Part shown: positions 12,301 through 27,376 of the stretch, piece after piece | Numbering within the stretch: the first letter of the stretch is position 1 | How the letters are laid out: every line of letters starts with the position of its first letter | Assembly: GCA_964057225.1 (NCBI GenBank) | Contig: OZ059899.1 | Location: 2,108,001 to 2,172,000, forward strand | From: Auanema rhodensis | Taxonomy: Eukaryota; Animalia; Nematoda | DNA: 64,000 bases | Direction: 5' to 3' | The notes under the pieces: generated by a model | What the model was told of the DNA's origin: nothing | What the model saw: the letters and a program-made list of their open reading frames with translations, nothing else | Database searches by the model: none | Position numbers and translations under genes: made by a program

Positions 12301-15300
12301 ATAAGTTCACACTTATATCCTCGATTTTCACCCTGAAGAATTAATTTTTTCGTTGAATAACATTGTCCATCGTCTTTGCCTTGAAAAATGGAATCTAAAA
12401 ACATCTACTTTTTGCTAAATTATTTTGAAATTTTTCGAAAAAATTTTTGTCAAAATGTTTTTGGAAGCAATGTTGAGTGTACATGGAAACTCAACATACA
12501 CTAATGCATCATTTTTCAAACGATCATAACTAATTTTTGTATCAAGCGTTTCTCGATGTAGTATAGTGCATTCGATGCGGATTTTTAAGCTGCGTCGATC
12601 TGTGTTATCAGATTTGCGCTAGCTTAAAAATGCACCGAGATATCAACTGATATAAGTTCACACTTATATCCTCGATTTTCACCCTGAGGAATTGATTTTT
12701 TCGTTGAATAACATTGTCTATCGTCTTTGCCTTAAAAAATGGAATCTAAAAACATCTACTTTTTGCTAAATTATTTTGAAATTTTTCGAAAAAATTTTTG
12801 TCAAAATGTTTTTGGAAGCAATGTTGAGTGTACATGGAAACTCAACATACACTAATGCATCATTTTTCAAACGATCATAACTAATTTTTGTATCAAGCTT
12901 TTCTCAATGTAGTATAGTGCATTCGATGCGGATTTTTAAGCTGCGTCGATCTGTGTTATCAGATTTGCGCTAGCTTAAAAATGCACCGAGATATCAACTG
13001 ATATAAGTTCACACTTATATCCTCGATTTTCACCCTGAACAATTAATTTTTTCGTTGAATAACATTGTCCATCGTCTTTGCCTTGAAAAATGGAATCTAA
13101 AAACATCTACTTTTTGCTAAATTATTTTGAAATTTTTCGAAAAAATTTTTGTCAAAATGTTTTTGGAAGCAATGTTGAGTGTACATGGAAACTCAACATA
13201 CACTAATGCATCATTTTTCAAACGATCATAACTAATTTTTGTATCAAGCGTTTCTCGATGTAGTATAGTGCATTCGATGCGGATTTTTAAGCTGCGTCGA
13301 TCTGTGTTATCAGATTTGCGCTAGCTTAAAAATGCACCGAGATATCAACTGATATAAGTTCACACTTATATCCTCGATTTTCACCCTGAAGAATTAATTT
13401 TTTCGTTGAATAACATTGTCCATCGTCTTTGCCTTGAAAAATGGAATCTAAAAACATCTACTTTTTGCTAAATTATTTTGAAATTTTTCGAAAAAATTTT
13501 TGTCAAAATGTTTTTGGAAGCAATGTTGAGTGTACATGGAAACTCAACATACACTAATGCATCATTTTTCAAACAATCATAACTAATTTGTGTATTAAGC
13601 GTTTCTCAATGTAGTATAGTGCATTCGATGCGGATTTTTAAGCTGCGTCGATCTGTGTTATCAGATTTGCGCTAGCTTAAAAATGCACCGAGATATCAAC
13701 TGATATAAGTTCACACTTATATCCTCGATTTTCACCCTGAAGAATTGATTTTTTCGTTGAATAACATTGTCTATCGTCTTTGCCTTAAAAAATGGAATCT
13801 AAAAACTTCTACTTTTTGCTAAATTATTTTGAAATTTTTCGAAAAAATTTTTGTCAAAATGTTTTTGGAAGCAATGTTGAGTGTACATGGAAACTCAACA
13901 TACACTAATGCATCATTTTTCAAACGATCATAACTAATTTTTGTATTAAGCTTTTCTCAATGTAGTATAGTGCATTCGATGCGGATTTTTAAGCTGCGTC
14001 GATCTGTGTTATCAGATTTGCGCTAGCTTAAAAATGCACCGAGATATCAACTGATATAAGTTCACACTTATATCCTCGATTTTCACCCTGAAGAATCAAT
14101 TTTTTCGTTGAATAACATTGTCTATCGTCTTTGCCTTGAAAAATGGAATCTAAAAACATCTACTTTTTGCTAAATTATTTTGAAATTTTTCGAAAAAATT
14201 TTTGTCAAAATGTTTTTGGAAGCAATGTTGAGTGTACATGGAAACTCAACATACACTAATGCATCATTTTTCAAACGATCATAACTAATTTTTGTATCAA
14301 GCTTTTTTCAATGTAGTATAGGGCATTCGATGCGGATTTTTAAGCTGCGTCGATCTGTGTTATCAGATTTGCGCTAGCTTAAAAATGCACCGAGATATCA
14401 ACTGATATAAGTTCACACTTATATCCTCGATTTTCACCCTGAACAATTAATTTTTTCGTTGAATAACATTGTCCATCGTCTTTGCCTTGAAAAATGGAAT
14501 CTAAAAACATCTACTTTTTGCTAAATTATTTTGAAATTTTTCGAAAAAATTTTTGTCAAAATGTTTTTGGAAGCAATGTTGAGTGTACATGGAAACTCAA
14601 CATACACTAATGCATCATTTTTCAAACGATCATAACTAATTTTTGTATCAAGCTTTTCTCAATGTAGTATAGTGCATTCGATGCGGATTTTTAAGCTGCG
14701 TCGATCTGTGTTATCAGATTTGCGCTAGCTTAAAAATGCACCGAGATATCAACTGATATAAGTTCACACTTATATCCTCGATTTTCACCCTGAACAATTA
14801 ATTTTTTCGTTGAATAACATTGTCCATCGTCTTTGCCTTGAAAAATGGAATCTAAAAACATCTACTTTTTGCTAAATTATTTTGAAATTTTTCGAAAAAA
14901 TTTTTGTCAAAATGTTTTTGGAAGCAATGTTGAGTGTACATGGAAACTCAACATACACTAATGCATCATTTTTCAAACGATCATAACTAATTTTTGTATT
15001 AAGCTTTTCTCAATGTAGTATAGTGCATTCGATGCGGATTTTTAAGCTGCGTCGATCTGTGTTATCAGATTTGCGCTAGCTTAAAAATGCACCGAGATAT
15101 CAACTGATATAAGTTCACACTTATATCCTCGATTTTCACCCTGAAGAATTAATTTTTTCGTTGAATAACATTGTCCATCGTCTTTGCCTTGAAAAATGGA
15201 ATCTAAAAACATCTACTTTTTGCTAAATTATTTTGAAATTTTTCGAAAAAATTTTTGTCAAAATGTTTTTGGAAGCAATGTTGAGTGTACATGAAAACTC

Positions 15301-18300
15301 AACATACACTAATGCATCATTTTTCAAACGATCATAACTAATTTTTGTATTAAGCTTTTCTCAATGTAGTATAGTGCATTCGATGCGGATTTTTAAGCTG
15401 CGTCGATCTGTGTTATCAGATTTGCGCTAGCTTAAAAATGCACCGAGATATCAACTGATATAAGTTCACACTTATATCCTCGATTTTCACCCTGAACAAT
15501 TAATTTTTTCGTTGAATAACATTGTCCATCGTCTTTGCCTTGAAAAATGGAATCTAAAAACATCTACTTTTTGCTAAATTATTTTGAAATTTTTCGAAAA
15601 AATTTTTGTCAAAATGTTTTTGGAAGCAATGTTGAGTGTACATGGAAACTCAACATACACTAATGCATCATTTTTCAAACAATCATAACTAATTTGTGTA
15701 TTAAGCGTTTCTCAATGTAGTATAGTGCATTCGATGCGGATTTTTAAGCTGCGTCGATCTGTGTTATCAGATTTGCGCTAGCTTAAAAATGCACCGAGAT
15801 ATCAACTGATATAAGTTCACACTTATATCCTCGATTTTCACCCTGAAGAATTAATTTTTTCGTTGAATAACATTGTCCATCGTCTTTGCCTTGAAAAATG
15901 GAATCTAAAAACATCTACTTTTTGCTAAATTATTTTGAAATTTTTCGAAAAAATTTTTGTCAAAATGTTTTTGGAAGCAATGTTGAGTGTACATGGAAAC
16001 TCAACATACACTAATGCATCATTTTTCAAACAATCATAACTAATTTGTGTATTAAGCGTTTCTCAATGTAGTATAGTGCATTCGATGCGGATTTTTAAGC
16101 TGCGTCGATCTGTGTTATCAGATTTGCGCTAGCTTAAAAATGCACCGAGATATCAACTGATATAAGTTCACACTTATATCCTCGATTTTCACCCTGAAGA
16201 ATTGATTTTTTCGTTGAATAACATTGTCTATCGTCTTTGCCTTAAAAAATGGAATCTAAAAACTTCTACTTTTTGCTAAATTATTTTGAAATTTTTCGAA
16301 AAAATTTTTGTCAAAATGTTTTTGGAAGCAATGTTGAGTGTACATGGAAACTCAACATACACTAATGCATCATTTTTCAAACAATCATAACTAATTTGTG
16401 TATTAAGCGTTTCTCAATGTAGTATAGTGCATTCGATGCGGATTTTTAAGCTGCGTCGATCTGTGTTATCAGATTTGCGCTAGCTTAAAAATGCACCGAG
16501 ATATCAACTGATATAAGTTCACACTTATATCCTCGATTTTCACCCTGAACAATTAATTTTTTCGTTGAATAACATTGTCCATCGTCTTTGCCTTGAAAAA
16601 TGGAATCTAAAAACATCTACTTTTTGCTAAATTATTTTGAAATTTTTCGAAAAAATTTTTGTCAAAATGTTTTTGGAAGCAATGTTGAGTGTACATGGAA
16701 ACTCAACATACACTAATGCATCATTTTTCAAACGATCATAACTAATTTTTGTATCAAGCTTTTCTCAATGTAGTATAGTGCATTCGATGCGGATTTTTAA
16801 GCTGCGTCGATCTGTGTTATCAGATTTGCGCTAGCTTAAAAATGCACCGAGATATCAACTGATATAAGTTCACACTTATATCCTCGATTTTCACCCTGAA
16901 CAATTAATTTTTTCGTTGAATAACATTGTCCATCGTCTTTGCCTTGAAAAATGGAATCTAAAAACATCTACTTTTTGCTAAATTATTTTGAAATTTTTCG
17001 AAAAAATTTTTGTCAAAATGTTTTTGGAAGCAATGTTGAGTGTACATGGAAACTCAACATACACTAATGCATCATTTTTCAAACGATCATAACTAATTTT
17101 TGTATTAAGCTTTTCTCAATGTAGTATAGTGCATTCGATGCGGATTTTTAAGCTGCGTCGATCTGTGTTATCAGATTTGCGCTAGCTTAAAAATGCACCG
17201 AGATATCAACTGATATAAGTTCACACTTATATCCTCGATTTTCACCCTGAAGAATTAATTTTTTCGTTGAATAACATTGTCCATCGTCTTTGCCTTGAAA
17301 AATGGAATCTAAAAACATCTACTTTTTGCTAAATTATTTTGAAATTTTTCGAAAAAATTTTTGTCAAAATGTTTTTGGAAGCAATGTTGAGTGTACATGA
17401 AAACTCAACATACACTAATGCATCATTTTTCAAACGATCATAACTAATTTTTGTATTAAGCTTTTCTCAATGTAGTATAGTGCATTCGATGCGGATTTTT
17501 AAGCTGCGTCGATCTGTGTTATCAGATTTGCGCTAGCTTAAAAATGCACCGAGATATCAACTGATATAAGTTCACACTTATATCCTCGATTTTCACCCTG
17601 AACAATTAATTTTTTCGTTGAATAACATTGTCCATCGTCTTTGCCTTGAAAAATGGAATCTAAAAACATCTACTTTTTGCTAAATTATTTTGAAATTTTT
17701 CGAAAAAATTTTTGTCAAAATGTTTTTGGAAGCAATGTTGAGTGTACATGGAAACTCAACATACACTAATGCATCATTTTTCAAACAATCATAACTAATT
17801 TGTGTATTAAGCGTTTCTCAATGTAGTATAGTGCATTCGATGCGGATTTTTAAGCTGCGTCGATCTGTGTTATCAGATTTGCGCTAGCTTAAAAATGCAC
17901 CGAGATATCAACTGATATAAGTTCACACTTATATCCTCGATTTTCACCCTGAAGAATTAATTTTTTCGTTGAATAACATTGTCCATCGTCTTTGCCTTGA
18001 AAAATGGAATCTAAAAACATCTACTTTTTGCTAAATTATTTTGAAATTTTTCGAAAAAATTTTTGTCAAAATGTTTTTGGAAGCAATGTTGAGTGTACAT
18101 GGAAACTCAACATACACTAATGCATCATTTTTCAAACAATCATAACTAATTTGTGTATTAAGCGTTTCTCAATGTAGTATAGTGCATTCGATGCGGATTT
18201 TTAAGCTGCGTCGATCTGTGTTATCAGATTTGCGCTAGCTTAAAAATGCACCGAGATATCAACTGATATAAGTTCACACTTATATCCTCGATTTTCACCC

Positions 18301-21300
18301 TGAAGAATTGATTTTTTCGTTGAATAACATTGTCTATCGTCTTTGCCTTAAAAAATGGAATCTAAAAACTTCTACTTTTTGCTAAATTATTTTGAAATTT
18401 TTCGAAAAAATTTTTGTCAAAATGTTTTTGGAAGCAATGTTGAGTGTACATGGAAACTCAACATACACTAATGCATCATTTTTCAAACGATCATAACTAA
18501 TTTTTGTATTAAGCTTTTCTCAATGTAGTATAGTGCATTCGATGCGGATTTTTAAGCTGCGTCGATCTGTGTTATCAGATTTGCGCTAGCTTAAAAATGC
18601 ACCGAGATATCAACTGATATAAGTTCACACTTATATCCTCGATTTTCACCCTGAAGAATCAATTTTTTCGTTGAATAACATTGTCTATCGTCTTTGCCTT
18701 GAAAAATGGAATCTAAAAACATCTACTTTTTGCTAAATTATTTTGAAATTTTTCGAAAAAATTTTTGTCAAAATGTTTTTGGAAGCAATGTTGAGTGTAC
18801 ATGGAAACTCAACATACACTAATGCATCATTTTTCAAACGATCATAACTAATTTTTGTATCAAGCTTTTTTCAATGTAGTATAGTGCATTCGATGCGGAT
18901 TTTTAAGCTGCGTCGATCTGTGTTATCAGATTTGCGCTAGCTTAAAAATGCACCGAGATATCAACTGATATAAGTTCACACTTATATCCTCGATTTTCAC
19001 CCTGAACAATTAATTTTTTCGTTGAATAACATTGTCCATCGTCTTTGCCTTGAAAAATGGAATCTAAAAACATCTACTTTTTGCTAAATTATTTTGAAAT
19101 TTTTCGAAAAAATTTTTGTCAAAATGTTTTTGGAAGCAATGTTGAGTGTACATGGAAACTCAACATACACTAATGCATCATTTTTCAAACGATCATAACT
19201 AATTTTTGTATCAAGCTTTTCTCAATGTAGTATAGTGCATTCGATGCGGATTTTTAAGCTGCGTCGATCTGTGTTATCAGATTTGCGCTAGCTTAAAAAT
19301 GCACCGAGATATCAACTGATATAAGTTCACACTTATATCCTCGATTTTCACCCTGAACAATTAATTTTTTCGTTGAATAACATTGTCCATCGTCTTTGCC
19401 TTGAAAAATGGAATCTAAAAACATCTACTTTTTGCTAAATTATTTTGAAATTTTTCGAAAAAATTTTTGTCAAAATGTTTTTGGAAGCAATGTTGAGTGT
19501 ACATGGAAACTCAACATACACTAATGCATCATTTTTCAAACGATCATAACTAATTTTTGTATTAAGCTTTTCTCAATGTAGTATAGTGCATTCGATGCGG
19601 ATTTTTAAGCTGCGTCGATCTGTGTTATCAGATTTGCGCTAGCTTAAAAATGCACCGAGATATCAACTGATATAAGTTCACACTTATATCCTCGATTTTC
19701 ACCCTGAAGAATTAATTTTTTCGTTGAATAACATTGTCCATCGTCTTTGCCTTGAAAAATGGAATCTAAAAACATCTACTTTTTGCTAAATTATTTTGAA
19801 ATTTTTCGAAAAAATTTTTGTCAAAATGTTTTTGGAAGCAATGTTGAGTGTACATGAAAACTCAACATACACTAATGCATCATTTTTCAAACGATCATAA
19901 CTAATTTTTGTATTAAGCTTTTCTCAATGTAGTATAGTGCATTCGATGCGGATTTTTAAGCTGCGTCGATCTGTGTTATCAGATTTGCGCTAGCTTAAAA
20001 ATGCACCGAGATATCAACTGATATAAGTTCACACTTATATCCTCGATTTTCACCCTGAACAATTAATTTTTTCGTTGAATAACATTGTCCATCGTCTTTG
20101 CCTTGAAAAATGGAATCTAAAAACATCTACTTTTTGCTAAATTATTTTGAAATTTTTCGAAAAAATTTTTGTCAAAATGTTTTTGGAAGCAATGTTGAGT
20201 GTACATGGAAACTCAACATACACTAATGCATCATTTTTCAAACGATCATAACTAATTTTTGTATCAAGCGTTTCTCGATGTAGTATAGTGCATTCGATGC
20301 GGATTTTTAAGCTGCGTCGATCTGTGTTATCAGATTTGCGCTAGCTTAAAAATGCACCGAGATATCAACTGATATAAGTTCACACTTATATCCTCGATTT
20401 TCACCCTGAAGAATTGATTTTTTCGTTGAATAACATTGTCCATCGTCTTTGCCTTGAAAAATGGAATCTAAAAACATCTACTTTTTGCTAAATTATTTTG
20501 AAATTTTTCGAAAAAATTTTTGTCAAAATGTTTTTGGAAGCAATGTTGAGTGTACATGGAAACTCAACATACACTAATGCATCATTTTTCAAACGATCAT
20601 AACTAATTTTTGTATTAAGCTTTTCTCAATGTAGTATAGTGCATTCGATGCGGATTTTTAAGCTGCGTCGATCTGTGTTATCAGATTTGCGCTAGCTTAA
20701 AAATGCACCGAGATATCAACTGATATAAGTTCACACTTATATCCTCGATTTTCACCCTGAAGAATTAATTTTTTCGTTGAATAACATTGTCCATCGTCTT
20801 TGCCTTGAAAAATGGAATCTAAAAACATCTACTTTTTGCTAAATTATTTTGAAATTTTTCGAAAAAATTTTTGTCAAAATGTTTTTGGAAGCAATGTTGA
20901 GTGTACATGAAAACTCAACATACACTAATGCATCATTTTTCAAACGATCATAACTAATTTTTGTATTAAGCTTTTCTCAATGTAGTATAGTGCATTCGAT
21001 GCGGATTTTTAAGCTGCGTCGATCTGTGTTATCAGATTTGCGCTAGCTTAAAAATGCACCGAGATATCAACTGATATAAGTTCACACTTATATCCTCGAT
21101 TTTCACCCTGAACAATTAATTTTTTCGTTGAATAACATTGTCCATCGTCTTTGCCTTGAAAAATGGAATCTAAAAACATCTACTTTTTGCTAAATTATTT
21201 TGAAATTTTTCGAAAAAATTTTTGTCAAAATGTTTTTGGAAGCAATGTTGAGTGTACATGGAAACTCAACATACACTAATGCATCATTTTTCAAACGATC

Positions 21301-24300
21301 ATAACTAATTTTTGTATCAAGCGTTTCTCGATGTAGTATAGTGCATTCGATGCGGATTTTTAAGCTGCGTCGATCTGTGTTATCAGATTTGCGCTAGCTT
21401 AAAAATGCACCGAGATATCAACTGATATAAGTTCACACTTATATCCTCGATTTTCACCCTGAAGAATTGATTTTTTCGTTGAATAACATTGTCTATCGTC
21501 TTTGCCTTAAAAAATGGAATCTAAAAACTTCTACTTTTTGCTAAATTATTTTGAAATTTTTCGAAAAAATTTTTGTCAAAATGTTTTTGGAAGCAATGTT
21601 GAGTGTACATGGAAACTCAACATACACTAATGCATCATTTTTCAAACGATCATAACTAATTTTTGTATTAAGCTTTTCTCAATGTAGTATAGTGCATTCG
21701 ATGCGGATTTTTAAGCTGCGTCGATCTGTGTTATCAGATTTGCGCTAGCTTAAAAATGCACCGAGATATCAACTGATATAAGTTCACACTTATATCCTCG
21801 ATTTTCACCCTGAAGAATCAATTTTTTCGTTGAATAACATTGTCTATCGTCTTTGCCTTGAAAAATGGAATCCAAAAACATCTACTTTTTGCTAAATTAT
21901 TTTGAAATTTTTCGAAAAAATTTTTGTCAAAATGTTTTTGGAAGCAATGTTGAGTGTACATGGAAACTCAACATACACTAATGCATCATTTTTCAAACGA
22001 TCATAACTAATTTTTGTATCAAGCTTTTTTCAATGTAGTATAGTGCATTCGATGCGGATTTTTAAGCTGCGTCGATCTGTGTTATCAGATTTGCGCTAGC
22101 TTAAAAATGCACCGAGATATCAACTGATATAAGTTCACACTTATATCCTCGATTTTCACCCTGAACAATTAATTTTTTCGTTGAATAACATTGTCCATCG
22201 TCTTTGCCTTGAAAAATGGAATCTAAAAACATCTACTTTTTGCTAAATTATTTTGAAATTTTTCGAAAAAATTTTTGTCAAAATGTTTTTGGAAGCAATG
22301 TTGAGTGTACATGGAAACTCAACATACACTAATGCATCATTTTTCAAACGATCATAACTAATTTTTGTATTAAGCTTTTCTCAATGTAGTATAGTGCATT
22401 CGATGCGGATTTTTAAGCTGCGTCGATCTGTGTTATCAGATTTGCGCTAGCTTAAAAATGCACCGAGATATCAACTGATATAAGTTCACACTTATATCCT
22501 CGATTTTCACCCTGAAGAATCAATTTTTTCGTTGAATAACATTGTCTATCGTCTTTGCCTTGAAAAATGGAATCTAAAAACATCTACTTTTTGCTAAATT
22601 ATTTTGAAATTTTTCGAAAAAATTTTTGTCAAAATGTTTTTGGAAGCAATGTTGAGTGTACATGGAAACTCAACATACACTAATGCATCATTTTTCAAAC
22701 GATCATAACTAATTTTTGTATCAAGCTTTTTTCAATGTAGTATAGTGCATTCGATGCGGATTTTTAAGCTGCGTCGATCTGTGTTATCAGATTTGCGCTA
22801 GCTTAAAAATGCACCGAGATATCAACTGATATAAGTTCACACTTATATCCTCGATTTTCACCCTGAAGAATTGATTTTTTCGTTGAATAACATTGTCTAT
22901 CGTCTTTGCCTTAAAAAATGGAATCTAAAAACTTCTACTTTTTGCTAAATTATTTTGAAATTTTTCGAAAAAATTTTTGTCAAAATGTTTTTGGAAGCAA
23001 TGTTGAGTGTACATGGAAACTCAACATACACTAATGCATCATTTTTCAAACGATCATAACTAATTTTTGTATTAAGCTTTTCTCAATGTAGTATAGTGCA
23101 TTCGATGCGGATTTTTAAGCTGCGTCGATCTGTGTTATCAGATTTGCGCTAGCTTAAAAATGCACCGAGATATCAACTGATATAAGTTCACACTTATATC
23201 CTCGATTTTCACCCTGAAGAATCAATTTTTTCGTTGAATAACATTGTCTATCGTCTTTGCCTTGAAAAATGGAATCCAAAAACATCTACTTTTTGCTAAA
23301 TTATTTTGAAATTTTTCGAAAAAATTTTTGTCAAAATGTTTTTGGAAGCAATGTTGAGTGTACATGGAAACTCAACATACACTAATGCATCATTTTTCAA
23401 ACGATCATAACTAATTTTTGTATCAAGCTTTTTTCAATGTAGTATAGTGCATTCGATGCGGATTTTTAAGCTGCGTCGATCTGTGTTATCAGATTTGCGC
23501 TAGCTTAAAAATGCACCGAGATATCAACTGATATAAGTTCACACTTATATCCTCGATTTTCACCCTGAACAATTAATTTTTTCGTTGAATAACATTGTCC
23601 ATCGTCTTTGCCTTGAAAAATGGAATCTAAAAACATCTACTTTTTGCTAAATTATTTTGAAATTTTTCGAAAAAATTTTTGTCAAAATGTTTTTGGAAGC
23701 AATGTTGAGTGTACATGGAAACTCAACATACACTAATGCATCATTTTTCAAACGATCATAACTAATTTTTGTATTAAGCTTTTCTCAATGTAGTATAGTG
23801 CATTCGATGCGGATTTTTAAGCTGCGTCGATCTGTGTTATCAGATTTGCGCTAGCTTAAAAATGCACCGAGATATCAACTGATATAAGTTCACACTTATA
23901 TCCTCGATTTTCACCCTGAAGAATCAATTTTTTCGTTGAATAACATTGTCTATCGTCTTTGCCTTGAAAAATGGAATCTAAAAACATCTACTTTTTGCTA
24001 AATTATTTTGAAATTTTTCGAAAAAATTTTTGTCAAAATGTTTTTGGAAGCAATGTTGAGTGTACATGGAAACTCAACATACACTAATGCATCATTTTTC
24101 AAACGATCATAACTAATTTTTGTATCAAGCTTTTTTCAATGTAGTATAGTGCATTCGATGCGGACTTTTAAGCTGCGTCGATCTGTGTTATCAGATTTGC
24201 GCTAGCTTAAAAATGCACCGAGATATCAACTGATATAAGTTCACACTTATATCCTCGATTTTCACCCTGAACAATTAATTTTTTCGTTGAATAACATTGT

Positions 24301-27300
24301 CCATCGTCTTTGCCTTGAAAAATGGAATCTAAAAACATCTACTTTTTGCTAAATTATTTTGAAATTTTTCGAAAAAATTTTTGTCAAAATGTTTTTGGAA
24401 GCAATGTTGAGTGTACATGGAAACTCAACATACACTAATGCATCATTTTTCAAACGATCATAACTAATTTTTGTATCAAGCTTTTCTCAATGTAGTATAG
24501 TGCATTCGATGCGGATTTTTAAGCTGCGTCGATCTGTGTTATCAGATTTGCGCTAGCTTAAAAATGCACCGAGATATCAACTGATATAAGTTCACACTTA
24601 TATCCTCGATTTTCACCCTGAACAATTAATTTTTTCGTTGAATAACATTGTCCATCGTCTTTGCCTTGAAAAATGGAATCTAAAAACATCTACTTTTTGC
24701 TAAATTATTTTGAAATTTTTCGAAAAAATTTTTGTCAAAATGTTTTTGGAAGCAATGTTGAGTGTACATGGAAACTCAACATACACTAATGCATCATTTT
24801 TCAAACGATCATAACTAATTTTTGTATCAAGCGTTTCTCGATGTAGTATAGTGCATTCGATGCGGATTTTTAAGCTGCGTCGATCTGTGTTATCAGATTT
24901 GCGCTAGCTTAAAAATGCACCGAGATATCAACTGATATAAGTTCACACTTATATCCTCGATTTTCACCCTGAAGAATTAATTTTTTCGTTGAATAACATT
25001 GTCCATCGTCTTTGCCTTGAAAAATGAAATCTAAAAACATCTACTTTTTGCTAAATTATTTTGAAATTTTTCGAAAAAATTTTTGTCAAAATGTTTTTGG
25101 AAGCAATGTTGAGTGTACATGGAAACTCAACATACACTAATGCATCATTTTTCAAACAATCATAACTAATTTGTGTATTAAGCGTTTCTCAATGTAGTAT
25201 AGTGCATTCGATGCGGATTTTTAAGCTGCGTCGATCTGTGTTATCAGATTTGCGCTAGCTTAAAAATGCACCGAGATATCAACTGATATAAGTTCACACT
25301 TATATCCTCGATTTTCACCCTGAAGAATTGATTTTTTCGTTGAATAACATTGTCTATCGTCTTTGCCTTAAAAAATGGAATCTAAAAACTTCTACTTTTT
25401 GCTAAATTATTTTGAAATTTTTCGAAAAAATTTTTGTCAAAATGTTTTTGGAAGCAATGTTGAGTGTACATGGAAACTCAACATACACTAATGCATCATT
25501 TTTCAAACGATCATAACTAATTTTTGTATCAAGCGTTTCTCAATGTAGTATAGTGCATTCGATGCGGATTTTTAAGCTGCGTCGATCTGTGTTATCAGAT
25601 TTGCGCTAACTTAAAAATGCACCGAGATATCAACTGATATAAGTTCACACTTATATCCTCGATTTTCACCCTGAACAATTAATTTTTTCGTTGAATAACA
25701 TTGTCCATCGTCTTTGCCTTGAAAAATGGAATCTAAAAACATCTACTTTTTGCTAAATTATTTTGAAATTTTTCGAAAAAAGTTTTGTCAAAATGTTTTT
25801 GGAAGCAATGTTGAGTGTACATGGAAACTCAACATACACTAATGCATCATTTTTCAAACGATCATAACTAATTTTTGTATCAAACGTTTCTCAATGTAGT
25901 ATAGTGCATTCGATGCGGATTTTTAAGCTGCGTCGATCTGTGTTATCAGATTTGCGCTAGCTTAAAAATGCACCGAGATATCAACTGATATAAGTTCACA
26001 CTTATATCCTCTATTTTCACCCTGAAGAATTAATTTTTTCGTTGAATAACATTGTCCATCGTCTTTGCCTTGAAAAAAGGAATCTAAAAACATCTACTTT
26101 TTGCTAAATTATTTTGAAATTTTTCGAAAACATTTTTGTCAAAATGTTTTTGGAAGCAATGTTGAGTGTACATGGAAACTCAACATACACTAATGCATCA
26201 TTTTTCAAACGATCATAACTAATTTTTGTATTAAGCGTTTCTCAATGTAGTATAGTGCATTCGATGCGAATTTTTAAGCTGCGTCGATCTGTGTTATCAG
26301 ATTTGCGCTAGCTTAAAAATGCACCGAGATATCAACTGATATAAGTTCACACTTATATCCTCGATTTTCACCCTGAAGAATTAATTTTTTCGTTGAATAA
26401 CATTGTCCATCGTCTTTGCCTTGAAAAATGGAATCTAAAAACATCTACTTTTTGCTAAATTATTTTGAAATTTTTCGAAAAAATTTTTGTCAAAATGTTT
26501 TTGGAAGCAATGTTGAGTGTACATGGAAACTCAACATACACTAATGCATCATTTTTCAAACAATCATAACTAATTTGTGTATTAAGCGTTTCTCAATGTA
26601 GTATAGTGCATTCGATGCGGATTTTTAAGCTGCGTCGATCTGTGTTATCAGATTTGCGCTAGCTTAAAAATGCACCGAGATATCAACTGATATAAGTTCA
26701 CACTTATATCCTCGATTTTCACCCTGAAGAATTGATTTTTTCGTTGAATAACATTGTCTATCGTCTTTGCCTTAAAAAATGGAATCTAAAAACTTCTACT
26801 TTTTGCTAAATTATTTTGAAATTTTTCGAAAAAATTTTTGTCAAAATGTTTTTGGAAGCAATGTTGAGTGTACATGGAAACTCAACATACACTAATGCAT
26901 CATTTTTCAAACGATCATAACTAATTTTTGTATCAAGCGTTTCTCAATGTAGTATAGTGCATTCGATGCGGATTTTTAAGCTGCGTCGATCTGTGTTATC
27001 AGATTTGCGCTAGCTTAAAAATGCACCGAGATAACAACTGATATAAGTTCACACTTATATCCTCGATTTTCACCCTGAAAAATTAATTTTTTCGTTGAAT
27101 AACATTGTCCATCGTCTTTGCCTTGAAAAATGGAATCTTAAAACATCTACTTTTTGCTAAATTATTTTGAAATTTTTCGAAAAAATTTTTGTCAAAATGT
27201 TTTTGGAAGCAATGTTGAGTGTACATGGAAACTCAACATACACTAATGCATCATTTTTCAAACGATCATAACTAATTTTTGTATCAAACGTTTCTCAATG

Positions 27301-27376
27301 TAGTATAGTGCATTCGATGCGGATTTTTAAGCTGCGTCGATCTGTGTTATCAGATTTGCGCTAGCTTAAAAATGCA

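Larger units (their letters stand above)
1..25621 (+). repeat. Array domain 1 (monomers 1-73): irregular higher-order repeats of A/B/C/D/E monomer types
   Basis: Diagnostic haplotypes are B (TTGATT..TCTAT..CCTTAAAA..AAACTT), C (GAATCAA), D (GAACAATT) and E (CATGAAAA). They recur in A-B-C-D order. Confidence 0.8.
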
